64,000 nucleotides of DNA from a virus: IMG/VR virus record IMGVR_UViG_3300025674_000016, positions 91,703 through 155,702 of that record; one strand, 5' to 3'. Under the pieces are notes generated by a model. That model had not been told where the DNA came from, searched no databases, and was given only the letters and a program-made list of their open reading frames with translations. Shown here piece after piece: positions 1 to 9,887 of this stretch. A program made the translations under genes and the position numbers. Position 1 is the first letter of the stretch. Every line of letters starts with the position of its first letter.

Positions 1-309
1 GTTTCCAATGCAAGACTAATTTATACAAACCGTGTGCTGGGGAACGACTCCCTGAATGAGCGACAAAAAGATAAAATTGTCGAAAAGATCTCCGAAGCAC
101 GAACAATTGAAGAAGCCAAAATGATCCATGAGGCACTTCAAAGTGCAGTGGCGGGCACTTCCAAAAAGGAAGGTCCAAAATCACTGAACGAAGCAGTTTC
201 ACGTCAATCAACACAGGTTTTTTCACGTCGTCAACGATCCGAGACCAATCAGGTCAACGATCAATTTTTTAAGAAGATGCAGCGTTTAGCTGGCATCAAA
301 AAGAATTAA
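1..309 (+). CDS. Prohead core/scaffold protein, C-terminal part (ORF open from window start)
   Basis: Frame is open from base 1; helical charged protein with LNE sites ending MQRLAGIKK, directly upstream of the major capsid gene (T4 gp22 position). Confidence 0.65.
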   Translation, partial: VSNARLIYTNRVLGNDSLNERQKDKIVEKISEARTIEEAKMIHEALQSAVAGTSKKEGPKSLNEAVSRQSTQVFSRRQRSETNQVNDQFFKKMQRLAGIKKN

Positions 310-325
310 GGAGATTAAAAAAACA

Positions 326-2065
326 ATGAGCGTTTTACAAAAGTTAACCGAAGGCATTGTTAATCGTAACATCCAGAAAGAGGGCGAAGCTCTTCTCCAG
401 AAGTGGGAGCAGACTGGTCTTCTTGAGGGTATGGATAACGAAAATGCCCGTTCAAACATGGCTGTTCTCTTGGAGAACCAGGCCAAAGAGCTTCTCCGAG
501 AGGCTTCTTCTATGGCGGCTGGTGATGTCGAAGGCTTTGCCAGCGTGGCATTCCCCATCGTCCGCCGAGTCTTTGGTGGTCTTATCGCCAACCAATTGGT
601 CTCAGTCCAACCTATGAGCTTGCCTGCTGGCTTGATTTTCTTCCTTGACTTTACTTATACCGATAGCCGCGCTGGTCAAACTGCCGGTGAGTCGGTATAT
701 GGTGGTAATGTTGTTGGTAAGGGTCTTGTCGATGGTGTGGACCTGTCTCCGACTGGAGATACGCAAGCGGGTGGTTTTTATGACCTTAGCACTGGCTATA
801 GTTCTCCAACTGGCTCTGTTTCTGTTACCACAGCAGCACCAGACGGCTCTACTGGTGATTTGCCAACTGTGCTAACTGATGTTGCAGTTAGTGCTCTATC
901 GGAAGCACAAAAAAAGGCCCTCCAGTACGACCCGGATATCCTAGCAGATGCAAGCTTGAAAGTCACAGTTCACAAGTCGCCTAACGCTGCTACTTCCGAT
1001 TTCCCAAACTTGAATCTAAATGCCCTGACTGCAATTGAGGCATCTGGTATTGATGGTGTTCTAGTGCGAAGGCTAACTAGAATTGATAAAAACGATAGCA
1101 ACAAATTAGTTTTTGTAGTTATTAGGGACGCTGCGACACCAGAGGCGCACGGAGCTATCACCTTTAACTATCCGATGACAGACAAGTATGAAGCTAGTAC
1201 CGCCATTGGTTCTGTTGTTGGTAACGTTCCATTTGGCCTTGAGGGTGCAGATGATGTGTCTGGCGGTGATTTTGACGGTTCAACCCGCGATAGAATCCCA
1301 GAGATTGATATCAAGGTCGATTCTGTCAGCGTGACCGCTGTCACCAAGAAGTTGAAGGCCAAGTGGACCCCTGAGTTGTCTCAGGATCTTAATGCTTTCC
1401 ACAACATGGACGCAGAAGTAGAGCTTACATCGATCCTTTCCGAGCAGATTGCTCTTGAAATCGATCAGGAAATCTTGAATGATCTTGTTAAGGATGCTAC
1501 TGCTGGCACATACTATTGGAGCCGTCGCCCCGGTCGCTTTGTTGATCGCGGCACTGGCGATGATATCAGCGGCCTTTCTAACGAATCTCTCTTGGGTGCA
1601 GATTTCACTGGCACAGTCAGTGAATGGTACGAGACCCTTATTGAGACAATCAACGATGTCTCTGCGCAGATCCACCGCAAGACTCTGCGCGGCGGAGCTA
1701 ACTTCTTGGTCTGTGGTCCTGAGACCGCAAATGTCCTAGAGTTCACCGCTGGTTTCCGCGCTAGCGTTACCCACGATGCAGATACTGGCCAAGCCGGTAC
1801 TGTTAAGATCGGTGCGATCTCCAAGAAGTTCGACGTTTACGTCGATCCTTACTTCCCAAGAAACGTGGTTCTAGTTGGCCGCAAGGGCTCCAGCTTCCTT
1901 GAAAGTGGCTACGTCTACGCACCTTATGTGCCTCTACAGGTCACGCCGACTATCTTCGGTGTTGAGGACTTTGTGCCTCGTAAGGGCGTTATGACGCGCT
2001 ACGCCAAGAAGATGGTGAGGCCCGACATGTACGGCTTGGTTGTTATCAAGGACTTCCTTGGCTGA
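326..2065 (+). CDS. gp23: Major capsid protein, T4 gp23-like
   Basis: KWEQTGLLEG, LLENQ, VSVQPM, KLKAKWTPE..QDL.A.H, EIDQEIL, GYVYAPYVPL, GVMTRYA motifs; SD AAGGAG. Confidence 0.96.
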   Translation: MSVLQKLTEGIVNRNIQKEGEALLQKWEQTGLLEGMDNENARSNMAVLLENQAKELLREASSMAAGDVEGFASVAFPIVRRVFGGLIANQLVSVQPMSLPAGLIFFLDFTYTDSRAGQTAGESVYGGNVVGKGLVDGVDLSPTGDTQAGGFYDLSTGYSSPTGSVSVTTAAPDGSTGDLPTVLTDVAVSALSEAQKKALQYDPDILADASLKVTVHKSPNAATSDFPNLNLNALTAIEASGIDGVLVRRLTRIDKNDSNKLVFVVIRDAATPEAHGAITFNYPMTDKYEASTAIGSVVGNVPFGLEGADDVSGGDFDGSTRDRIPEIDIKVDSVSVTAVTKKLKAKWTPELSQDLNAFHNMDAEVELTSILSEQIALEIDQEILNDLVKDATAGTYYWSRRPGRFVDRGTGDDISGLSNESLLGADFTGTVSEWYETLIETINDVSAQIHRKTLRGGANFLVCGPETANVLEFTAGFRASVTHDADTGQAGTVKIGAISKKFDVYVDPYFPRNVVLVGRKGSSFLESGYVYAPYVPLQVTPTIFGVEDFVPRKGVMTRYAKKMVRPDMYGLVVIKDFLG

Positions 2066-2095
2066 TAACTGATTCCGAACTAGTCTAGGCTAGCA

Positions 2096-2136
2096 AAAAG
2101 CCCCTGCTTCCATGTGAGGTAGGGGCTTTTCCTTTT
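2096..2136 (+). terminator. Intrinsic terminator after the capsid gene
   Basis: AAAAGCCCCTGCTTC-catgt-GAGGTAGGGGCTTTT hairpin followed by a T-rich tract. Confidence 0.85.
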
Positions 2137-2140
2137 GAAA

Positions 2141-2149
2141 AACTATTTA
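2141..2149 (+). promoter_or_regulatory. Late-type promoter motif AACTATTTA
   Basis: The same motif recurs 20-45 nt upstream of structural genes. Confidence 0.65.
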
Positions 2150-2171
2150 CACTACTAGGAGGGCTTTATGA

Positions 2172-3425
2172 ATGTCTGTACCAACTTTAACACCAGCAAG
2201 CCAGACAAGTGCAATCATATTGCCTGTCACGGGCACCCACAGTAATGTAAATTCTGCAACCAATCCGCTTCCATTTGGAGTATACACAACAGATGATTTT
2301 ATCTCTGGTGCTGTTGATCAAGTGGCTTTTACTTATAAAAGTTTGGGTGGTGATGTACTTGATATTGAATTAACAGAATATAATGTTTATGCTGCTTATG
2401 AATGGGCAGTTTTGGAATATTCTTATATTGTCAACATCCATCAATCAAAAAATATTATATCTGATGTGCTTGGAGCGGCCACTGGCACGTTTGACCACGA
2501 TGGTGAAATTAAGACTGGTCCTTCTGGTGTTGCCCTGAAGTTTCCAAGAATGTCTTTCAACTATACAAAGAAAGTTGGAGAAGGAGTTGGAGCGGAAATT
2601 GGTGTCGGAGGAACACAAAATATATATTCAGCATCCTTCAACATCACTGCCAGTGTTCAGGACTATGATCTCCAACAGATTGTAAGTTCGTCTGCAACTG
2701 ATTCAAGCATGCCCTTCTTCAACAAGGTTGGAGATAAAAGAGTCGATATAAGAAAAGTTTATTATAAATCTCCTTATGTTATGTGGAGGTTCTTTGGATA
2801 TTATGGCGGGCTATCAGTTGTTGGGAACCTGCATAACTATGGCCAATGGTCTGATGATTCAACTTTTGAATTAATCCCAACATGGCAAAACAAGTTGCAA
2901 GCTATGGCTTTTGAAGATTCAGTCTATACAAGAATCTCTCATTATTCATACGAGATCAGAAATAATAAATTAAGACTATTCCCAACGCCAAGCCTTCACG
3001 CCTCAGAAAAGATATGGTTTGAGTTCTCGGTTAAAGAAGATCCTTGGGATGAAGATTCTGATAGAGCATCTGGTGTCGATGGTGTAAACAACATGAACAC
3101 CATTCCTCTTGCAAACATACCCTACGCGAACATTAATAGCATTGGGAAGCATTGGATAAGAAGATTTGCTCTGGCGGTTAGCAAAGGCATGTTAGGCAAG
3201 GTTCGTGGAAAATTTAGCACTGTACCTATACCTGGTGAGTCTGTGACTCTGAATTATTCGGAGCTTTCATCTGAGGCAAAAGAAGAAACAGACAAGCTTA
3301 AAGAAGAATTAAAAACAATTCTAGATGAAATGACTTATGCAAAACTGGCGGAACAAGATGCTGCTAAGCTTGAGAACGCAACAAAAGCACAGCAAAATAT
3401 TCCAGTTACTATCTTTGTAGGATAA
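2172..3425 (+). CDS. Neck/head-completion protein (gp13-like)
   Basis: Position after MCP; LGG..LDIELT and W.RR.ALA..K..LG.VRGKF..VP.PG..VTLN neck-protein pattern. Confidence 0.7.
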   Translation: MSVPTLTPASQTSAIILPVTGTHSNVNSATNPLPFGVYTTDDFISGAVDQVAFTYKSLGGDVLDIELTEYNVYAAYEWAVLEYSYIVNIHQSKNIISDVLGAATGTFDHDGEIKTGPSGVALKFPRMSFNYTKKVGEGVGAEIGVGGTQNIYSASFNITASVQDYDLQQIVSSSATDSSMPFFNKVGDKRVDIRKVYYKSPYVMWRFFGYYGGLSVVGNLHNYGQWSDDSTFELIPTWQNKLQAMAFEDSVYTRISHYSYEIRNNKLRLFPTPSLHASEKIWFEFSVKEDPWDEDSDRASGVDGVNNMNTIPLANIPYANINSIGKHWIRRFALAVSKGMLGKVRGKFSTVPIPGESVTLNYSELSSEAKEETDKLKEELKTILDEMTYAKLAEQDAAKLENATKAQQNIPVTIFVG

Positions 3426-3429
3426 ATAA

Positions 3430-3924
3430 ATGAGCGATGATAATCAATGGTCACAGCCACCCCAGCCCCCGCCACCCCTTTTCTTAGGGGAAAAGGAACG
3501 AGATCTTGTAAAACAAGTCAACGATGAGCTTATTGAACGAGTTATCGGGCAACAAGTGGTTTATTATCCTATAAGCGTGGAACACACAAACTACCATCCA
3601 ATTTATGGAGAGGCAATAGAAAAAACATTCCTACCACCAGTTAGAGTGTATGCACTTGTTGAGTGGAACAGTTTTGAGTCTAGCGCAGACACAAGCTTTG
3701 GTATAGATAGAAAATCAGAGATAACTGTTCACTTTCATAAGCGCAGACTAACAGAAGATCAAGATCTTTTTGTAAGAGAAGGCGATTTTGTTTTATATGG
3801 CGACATACATTATGAGATAGTTACTCTAAGCGAGCCAAAGCAATTGTTTGGCCAAGTCGATCATAGAATAGAAATTTCAGCCAAGTGCGTAAGAGCAAGA
3901 AAGGGGTTGTTTGATGGCAGATGA
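3430..3924 (+). CDS. Neck/head-closure protein (gp14-like)
   Basis: Synteny; IYGEA..K.F..PV and GDFV.Y....YEI pattern. Confidence 0.6.
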   Translation: MSDDNQWSQPPQPPPPLFLGEKERDLVKQVNDELIERVIGQQVVYYPISVEHTNYHPIYGEAIEKTFLPPVRVYALVEWNSFESSADTSFGIDRKSEITVHFHKRRLTEDQDLFVREGDFVLYGDIHYEIVTLSEPKQLFGQVDHRIEISAKCVRARKGLFDGR

Positions 3925-4759
3925 ATATTTAAAAGAAGAAACTTTTTCACCATCATCAATTGAAACAATTGATGGATCTTTACTTAAATTGTTTAAAGAA
4001 GATTTGAAAATCTTTTGTACAACACCAGATGGCTGGAAGCGAGTGCCTGTAATCTGGACATCTGCCGAAAGAAATTTTCAGATAAAAGAAAATAAAGATC
4101 TTAGAGATTCAAACGGCACGCTTATAAAGCCAGTAATAACAGTTGAAAGAGCATCGGTAAATAAGGATATTTCAAAAAGAGGTTTTATTCACGGAAATAT
4201 ACCAGACATTAATGATGCAAAAGGCGGAACAATAACTGTTGCAAGAAAAATAAACCAAGATAAAACTGCGAATTTTGCTAATGCTGATTCAAAAAAGATA
4301 TACGGTAAAGATAATTTTAGAACCAGAAACCCAAGTGGCAAGACCGTATACGAAACAGTTACTATACCTTTACCCAATTATATTGAAATTCAATATAGGG
4401 TAACTTTATATTCTGAATATCAACAGCAGATAAATGAAATGCTTTCACCTATAATGCTTGCTGGTGGGTCGGTCAATTATTTATTGATCAAGTCAGAAGA
4501 TGGCCAGCATTCTTATGAAACCTTTATTGAAGGCAACTTCTCAGACCAAAACAATGCTAGCAACTTGGGCTCTGAAGAAAGAAATTTTCAAACAGAAGTA
4601 AACATAAGAGTTCTTGGATATATTATTGGAGCAGGGCCAAACCAAGAAAGACCTAGAATAGTAAGAAGACAAAACTTTGTTGACGTTAAGATACCCAGAG
4701 AAAGAGTGATAACCGAAGATATCAATGAATTTATAAAGAAGGGATTTTATATAGAGTAA
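3914..4759 (+). CDS. Tail terminator/sheath stabiliser (gp15-like)
   Basis: Between neck and sheath genes; VPVIW...ER and P.ITV.R pattern. Confidence 0.6.
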   Translation: MADEYLKEETFSPSSIETIDGSLLKLFKEDLKIFCTTPDGWKRVPVIWTSAERNFQIKENKDLRDSNGTLIKPVITVERASVNKDISKRGFIHGNIPDINDAKGGTITVARKINQDKTANFANADSKKIYGKDNFRTRNPSGKTVYETVTIPLPNYIEIQYRVTLYSEYQQQINEMLSPIMLAGGSVNYLLIKSEDGQHSYETFIEGNFSDQNNASNLGSEERNFQTEVNIRVLGYIIGAGPNQERPRIVRRQNFVDVKIPRERVITEDINEFIKKGFYIE

Positions 4760-4780
4760 TTTTCTTTTGTTAAGTAGCTT

Positions 4781-4789
4781 AACTATTTA
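4781..4789 (+). promoter_or_regulatory. Late-type promoter motif AACTATTTA
   Basis: Upstream of the tail sheath SD/ATG. Confidence 0.65.
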
Positions 4790-4826
4790 CTAGGAATAAA
4801 CACCTGTTAAAAGGAGATATTAGATA

Positions 4827-7790
4827 ATGTCTGTTAAAAAGTTTAAATTTGTCTCTCCCGGCGTATCTGTCGCAGAGATTGATAAAAGTAGATTGGCAAC
4901 TCAAATTTTTAGAAGAGGGCCTATTCTTTTTGGTCGTGCAGAGCGCGGCCCTTCGATGAGGCCAGTGAGGGTTGCTTCTTTCTCTGAGTTCGTTGAAACA
5001 TTTGGGGAGCCGATCCCCGGCGGTAGAGGAGGGGATGTCTGGAGGGATGGTAACTATACTTCCACCACCTATGCCTCCTATGCTGCTCAGGCTTATTTAA
5101 GAAATAATGCTCCTGTTACATTTGTTCGATTGCTGGGGAGTAAGCATGGTGACGTAGATGAAGGTCAAGGCGAAGAGACTCCTGGGTGGGATTCTGGCGC
5201 TCATACTGCCACGGGTGGCGGTGCTTACGGTCTTTTTCTTTTTGATTCTGGCACCATTGGAGAAAGAGTTCCCGGTACTCTAGCCGCTGTCTGGTATACA
5301 AACGATGCTAACACCATTATCACCCTAACTGGTAACTTCGCACATGACAGCGCTAACGCGACTTCTTCTATTGGAGCTTTGGTCCCCTCTGTTGGAGACT
5401 CAAGGGAGTTTAAGGCGGAAATTAGAAACGGAGCAACAGTATCTGAAAAAATAACTTTTAACTTTGACAGAGCTTCTGACAAGTTTATTAGAAAAGTTTT
5501 TAACACAAACCCAACACTAACCAACGGTGCAATGATCGCCTCCAATCAACTTAAAAAATATTGGCTAGGCGAAACCTTTGAGGGTGCATTAGATAAAGTT
5601 GGGACTGGCGCTGGTGGTGTTCTAACCGCCGCCAGCTCTTCTGAGGGCGATACTCACGGTGCTATTCTTGTTTTGAGCAATAACGACACTACCAAGAAGA
5701 GATTTGGAAATCTTAAGCAAGATACAAGTGATTCTAAGAGTGGGTGGGTTATCTGTCAAGATCTAGGAGCACCAGAAAATTATATTGCAGAGAACTCACA
5801 AAAATTATTTAGGTTTATCACAAGAAATTCTGGTGAGTGGGATTCTTCAAACCTAAAAGTTTCCATTCAAGATATCAAGCCTTCGAACAGTGAATTCAAC
5901 CCTTATGGTAGCTTTACTGTGGTGGTTAGAAGCACATCAGATAACGACTATTCGCCTCTAGTTAGAGAAAGATTTGAGAACGTGAATTTAAATCCAAGTT
6001 CTAATAGATATATTTCTAGAGTTATTGGTGATAAGTATGTGCTCTGGGATGAAACAGAAAGAAGGCTAAGAGAATATGGAACTTATGATAATATCTCTAG
6101 CTTTGTTAGAGTGGAAGTGTCAACAGAAGTAGAGGCAGGAGGTGATCCAAGATGGCTTCCTGCTGGCTTCTTTGGCCCACCTAGGTTTAAAAAATTCACA
6201 GTATGCACTGGTTCTGCGCCAATAACATTTGGGGCTTCTTTAACATCGTCTGTAGATCCCAATGCAATGGGGCTCCCAGCCAGCCAGTTAACAGCGCATG
6301 CTCACCTATCATCATCAGCAACAGGGTTCCACCTTGTTCTTTCTAAGAAGCCAAGCGCCTTGGCTGTTGACAACTTCCTTGGAGATATTACTTTTCCCAA
6401 GTTTAATCTTAGAAATTCTAGCGTGGACTCAACTTTAAGAGGCCCCACTACAGCGTATTTTGGAGTTGATACTCGCAGAGGTGCAAATAGCAGGCTCTTT
6501 GATGAAACTTCGATTGATTTGGCGAGACCAAAGCCTCAAGGCGTAGCAAGCCACGACACTGATAGCAATACAGAAAATAGTTTTATCTTTACGCTAGATG
6601 ATCTAAGCGGAAGTAGCGATTTTGGAGACAATACTACAATTATTGATCTAGTTTATGTATCAGGCTCCAGAGCAAGCAACACCTCAGTGACTGCTGTGGG
6701 TCTAAACGGTTCAAAAGCAAGTATCAATGCTTCTTTTACAAGCTTATTGGAGTATGGTTATAACAGATTTACACTACCACTATTTGGTGGCTTTGACGGT
6801 TTCGATGTAACAGAAAGAGAACCCTTAAGAAACTCTTTAATTCAAGATGACGACTCAGACACAACAAACTATGTTGTCAATACCTATAGGCGAGCAATCG
6901 ACATGATCCAAGACGTGGAGAATGTTGATGTTAACTTGGCTGCTGTGCCTGGCTTAACAAATGCAACACTAACATCAAGGCTAATTGATAACTGCGAGCA
7001 GCGCGGGGATGCAATGGCTGTTATTGATGTTGAGGGTGATTATACTCCAATCTATGAAGCTAAATCTGACACCCAAGAAAGAGATAGACTTGGGTCTGTA
7101 AGCACAGCAGTAAGCTCTTTGAAGGCCAGAAACCTCAACACCTCGTATGGTGCGGCGTATTACCCTTGGGTGCTTGTCAGGGATTCTGTTAGCACTGGCC
7201 AGATTATATGGATGCCACCTAGTGTTGTTGCTCTGGGAGTTATCGGAAATAGCGCAAATAGAAGTGAATTATGGTTCGCGCCAGCAGGGTTCAACAGAGG
7301 TGGGCTTACAAACGGAGACTCTGGCTTAACAGTTGTTGGTGTAAGACAAAAACTCTCTGCAAGAGACAGAGACAATCTCTATGAACAACACATCAACCCA
7401 ATCGCTAGCTTCCCTGCGGAGGGCATTGTTATCTTTGGGCAAAAAACCCTTCAAGTAACGCAGTCTGCTCTTGACAGGATCAATGTTAGAAGGTTGATGA
7501 TTTTCCTTAAAAAGGAAATCTCATTCGCAGCCAGCCAGATTCTCTTCGACCAAAACGTCAGAGAAACTTGGTCTAGGTTCACTGGTCAAGTCAAGCCTTT
7601 CCTTGAGAGTGTTAAATCTAGATTTGGTTTGGTTGACTTTAGGCTGGTTTTGGACGAAACCACCACTACCCCCGACCTGATTGATAGAAATACTGTTTAT
7701 GCAAAGGTGTTTATCAAGCCAGCAAGGGCAATTGAATATATTGCACTAGACTTTGTTCTTACGGCAACTGGTGCTTCTTTTGACGAATAA
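4827..7790 (+). CDS. gp18: Contractile tail sheath protein (gp18-like)
   Basis: FVSPGV...EID.S start; WFAPAGFNRG, INPIA.FP..GIVIFGQKTLQ, SALDRINVRRL. Confidence 0.95.
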   Translation: MSVKKFKFVSPGVSVAEIDKSRLATQIFRRGPILFGRAERGPSMRPVRVASFSEFVETFGEPIPGGRGGDVWRDGNYTSTTYASYAAQAYLRNNAPVTFVRLLGSKHGDVDEGQGEETPGWDSGAHTATGGGAYGLFLFDSGTIGERVPGTLAAVWYTNDANTIITLTGNFAHDSANATSSIGALVPSVGDSREFKAEIRNGATVSEKITFNFDRASDKFIRKVFNTNPTLTNGAMIASNQLKKYWLGETFEGALDKVGTGAGGVLTAASSSEGDTHGAILVLSNNDTTKKRFGNLKQDTSDSKSGWVICQDLGAPENYIAENSQKLFRFITRNSGEWDSSNLKVSIQDIKPSNSEFNPYGSFTVVVRSTSDNDYSPLVRERFENVNLNPSSNRYISRVIGDKYVLWDETERRLREYGTYDNISSFVRVEVSTEVEAGGDPRWLPAGFFGPPRFKKFTVCTGSAPITFGASLTSSVDPNAMGLPASQLTAHAHLSSSATGFHLVLSKKPSALAVDNFLGDITFPKFNLRNSSVDSTLRGPTTAYFGVDTRRGANSRLFDETSIDLARPKPQGVASHDTDSNTENSFIFTLDDLSGSSDFGDNTTIIDLVYVSGSRASNTSVTAVGLNGSKASINASFTSLLEYGYNRFTLPLFGGFDGFDVTEREPLRNSLIQDDDSDTTNYVVNTYRRAIDMIQDVENVDVNLAAVPGLTNATLTSRLIDNCEQRGDAMAVIDVEGDYTPIYEAKSDTQERDRLGSVSTAVSSLKARNLNTSYGAAYYPWVLVRDSVSTGQIIWMPPSVVALGVIGNSANRSELWFAPAGFNRGGLTNGDSGLTVVGVRQKLSARDRDNLYEQHINPIASFPAEGIVIFGQKTLQVTQSALDRINVRRLMIFLKKEISFAASQILFDQNVRETWSRFTGQVKPFLESVKSRFGLVDFRLVLDETTTTPDLIDRNTVYAKVFIKPARAIEYIALDFVLTATGASFDE

Positions 7791-7800
7791 AATATATTTC

Positions 7801-7809
7801 AACTATTTA
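7801..7809 (+). promoter_or_regulatory. Late-type promoter motif AACTATTTA
   Basis: Upstream of the tail tube gene. Confidence 0.65.
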
Positions 7810-7840
7810 TTAAGAATGAAATATATCGGAGGATTTTAAG

Positions 7841-8431
7841 GTGGCTTTTTTTACAGAAAAAACACTCAACCCAAAAAGAAAATTTAGATGGGTTGTCGAT
7901 ATCGGTACTGGTAATGATACTAATAGTATTTTAAGAGTGGCTGCAAAGTCTGTTCAGAAACCAAACTATACACTAGAGACGACACAGCATAAATTTTTAA
8001 ATCATCAATTTAATTACCCGAACAGGGTTATCTGGCAGCCTATTGATATCACATTTGTTGATCACCTAGGTCGAGGAGGAACCAGTGTCTCGTCGAGACT
8101 TTACGCCTTGTTACTATCTTCAGGATATCAAATCCCTGCAAACCCCTTCAACTGTGAGCTATCGCCAACTAAAAACAGAGCAGTTGGGGCGCTAGGCAGT
8201 GTAAAGATCGTTCAACTATCAGGTGATGCAGGACGCGCACGATTTACAGTTGATGAAATAGACGGCAGAGCGCCGGGTGCCCCCCAACGGTCTGATGTAA
8301 TTGAAACATGGACCCTAGGTAACGCCTTTATTTCCAAAGTTACTTTTGGAGATTTGTCATATGATGATGATGGATTGGTGGAGATCCAATGCACCTTTAC
8401 TTATGACTATGCTGAATTTCAAGGCAAATGA
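7841..8431 (+). CDS. gp19: Tail tube protein (gp19-like)
   Basis: PKRKFRW, W.PI.ITFVD, ETWTL..AF...V.FGDLSY, F.YDYA; follows the sheath gene. Confidence 0.85.
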   Translation: MAFFTEKTLNPKRKFRWVVDIGTGNDTNSILRVAAKSVQKPNYTLETTQHKFLNHQFNYPNRVIWQPIDITFVDHLGRGGTSVSSRLYALLLSSGYQIPANPFNCELSPTKNRAVGALGSVKIVQLSGDAGRARFTVDEIDGRAPGAPQRSDVIETWTLGNAFISKVTFGDLSYDDDGLVEIQCTFTYDYAEFQGK

Positions 8432-8461
8432 CGCTAGAAACACTTAATATAAGAGGAGAAA

Positions 8462-9301
8462 ATGTCTAGAAACAATCAAGATCGCTTGAGTGTGCAGGCA
8501 CCAAGCGACGATTCAACACCCCAACCTGCAACAAACAATCAATTACAATTTGTAGTACCAACAGAATTTGTAGAGTTACCTTCTAAAGGTTTATTTTACC
8601 CTCCCGATCATCCTTTAAATTGCAAAGAGGAGATAGAGATAAGGTACATGACCGCAAAAGAAGAAGATATCTTGACAGATAAGGTTCTTTTAAAGAAGGG
8701 AATTGCTATCGATAGAATGATGGCGAATATAATTGTCGATAAGACAATTAAGCCACACACTCTTCTTTCTGGCGATAGAACGGCAATTATGATCGCTGCA
8801 AGAAAGTCGGCATATGGTCCTGAGTATGATACAAAGGTTGCATGCCCATCTTGTTTTTCTCAAGGAAGACACACCTTTAATCTTGAGAACGCACAAAATA
8901 AGTTTAATCTAGGCGAAGATGTTGCCCATATAAATAGCAATCTAAATATCACCATAACAACCCCCAGAACAAAGGCGGAGCTTGAGCTTAGACTGATGAC
9001 TGGTGCAGATGAAAAAAGAATTATTGATGACCAGAACAATAATAAAAAACACAATCTACCAGAAAACAATCTTATAAACCAATTAAGGGCAATTATTGTT
9101 TCAGTTAATGGAAACAAAGACAGACAATATATAAATTCTTTTATTGAAGTTGTTCCTGCTTTTGATTCCAAGTATATCAGAGAAGTATATAAGAAAAACT
9201 CACCCAACGCTGTGCTAAAGGAGGAATATGTCTGTGGCGAATGTGGCGCATCTAATACACTTGATGTCCCATTTACCACAGACTTTTTTTGGCCTAAGTG
9301 A
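8462..9301 (+). CDS. Baseplate hub/tail assembly chaperone (gp26-like)
   Basis: VELPSKG..YP, MTAKEEDIL, GDR.AI..AAR, two CxxC motifs, ends FFWP. Confidence 0.8.
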   Translation: MSRNNQDRLSVQAPSDDSTPQPATNNQLQFVVPTEFVELPSKGLFYPPDHPLNCKEEIEIRYMTAKEEDILTDKVLLKKGIAIDRMMANIIVDKTIKPHTLLSGDRTAIMIAARKSAYGPEYDTKVACPSCFSQGRHTFNLENAQNKFNLGEDVAHINSNLNITITTPRTKAELELRLMTGADEKRIIDDQNNNKKHNLPENNLINQLRAIIVSVNGNKDRQYINSFIEVVPAFDSKYIREVYKKNSPNAVLKEEYVCGECGASNTLDVPFTTDFFWPK

Positions 9302-9479
9302 AAAATATCAAGCAAATGTTTATGAAGAGTTTTTTCTTCTTAAACATCATGGAGGTTGGAGCTTTATTGAAGCTTACAACCTGCCAGTAAGCTTGAGAAG
9401 GTGGTTTCTTGAAAGATTAACCAGACAGTTCGAAGAAGAACGAGAACAAATCCAGCAAGCAAAAAACTCTAGTAGCTAG
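9282..9479 (+). CDS. Tail assembly chaperone C-terminal extension (probably reached by frameshift; ORF track starts it at 9228)
   Basis: Overlaps the chaperone end at a T7 run; EEFFLL..HGGWS...YNLP...RRWF. Confidence 0.55.
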   Translation, partial: TFFGLSEKYQANVYEEFFLLKHHGGWSFIEAYNLPVSLRRWFLERLTRQFEEEREQIQQAKNSSS

Positions 9480-9534
9480 AATTAAATATTGTTTTAAACT
9501 AGTTAGTTCAGAACAAACAAGAGAGGTTTATGTT

Positions 9535-9867
9535 TTGGAAAAGCTAAATGAAGACAAATTGCAGCCAGTTATTATTGATCTGACCAAAGCAGATAAATTA
9601 AATGAAAGTTGGTATAGAATGTTTGGAGCCTGGATTAAAATGTTTCTGGGACACACCTTTGATTTAAATGATTATAATTTTAAAGTTAGAGGAACAAAAA
9701 GGCAACTAGATAGCTTGGCAAAAGCCCTAGGGGCTGAGAAGAAATATTTAAAAGCGTTTACAAGATCCGGCCTCAACAGCCCCAGCACCCTTAAAAGTAA
9801 ATCCAAACTTCAAAAAGCAATCTCTATGTTTGAAAAGGCAACCGGTATAAAGTGGCCTTTAAAGTAA
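9535..9867 (+). CDS. Hypothetical late protein
   Basis: TTG start with SD GAGG; AACTAGTTA motif at 9497; two LNE sites at the N-terminus. Confidence 0.6.
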   Translation: MEKLNEDKLQPVIIDLTKADKLNESWYRMFGAWIKMFLGHTFDLNDYNFKVRGTKRQLDSLAKALGAEKKYLKAFTRSGLNSPSTLKSKSKLQKAISMFEKATGIKWPLK

Positions 9868-9887
9868 AATAAAGAGGTTTCTGTTAA

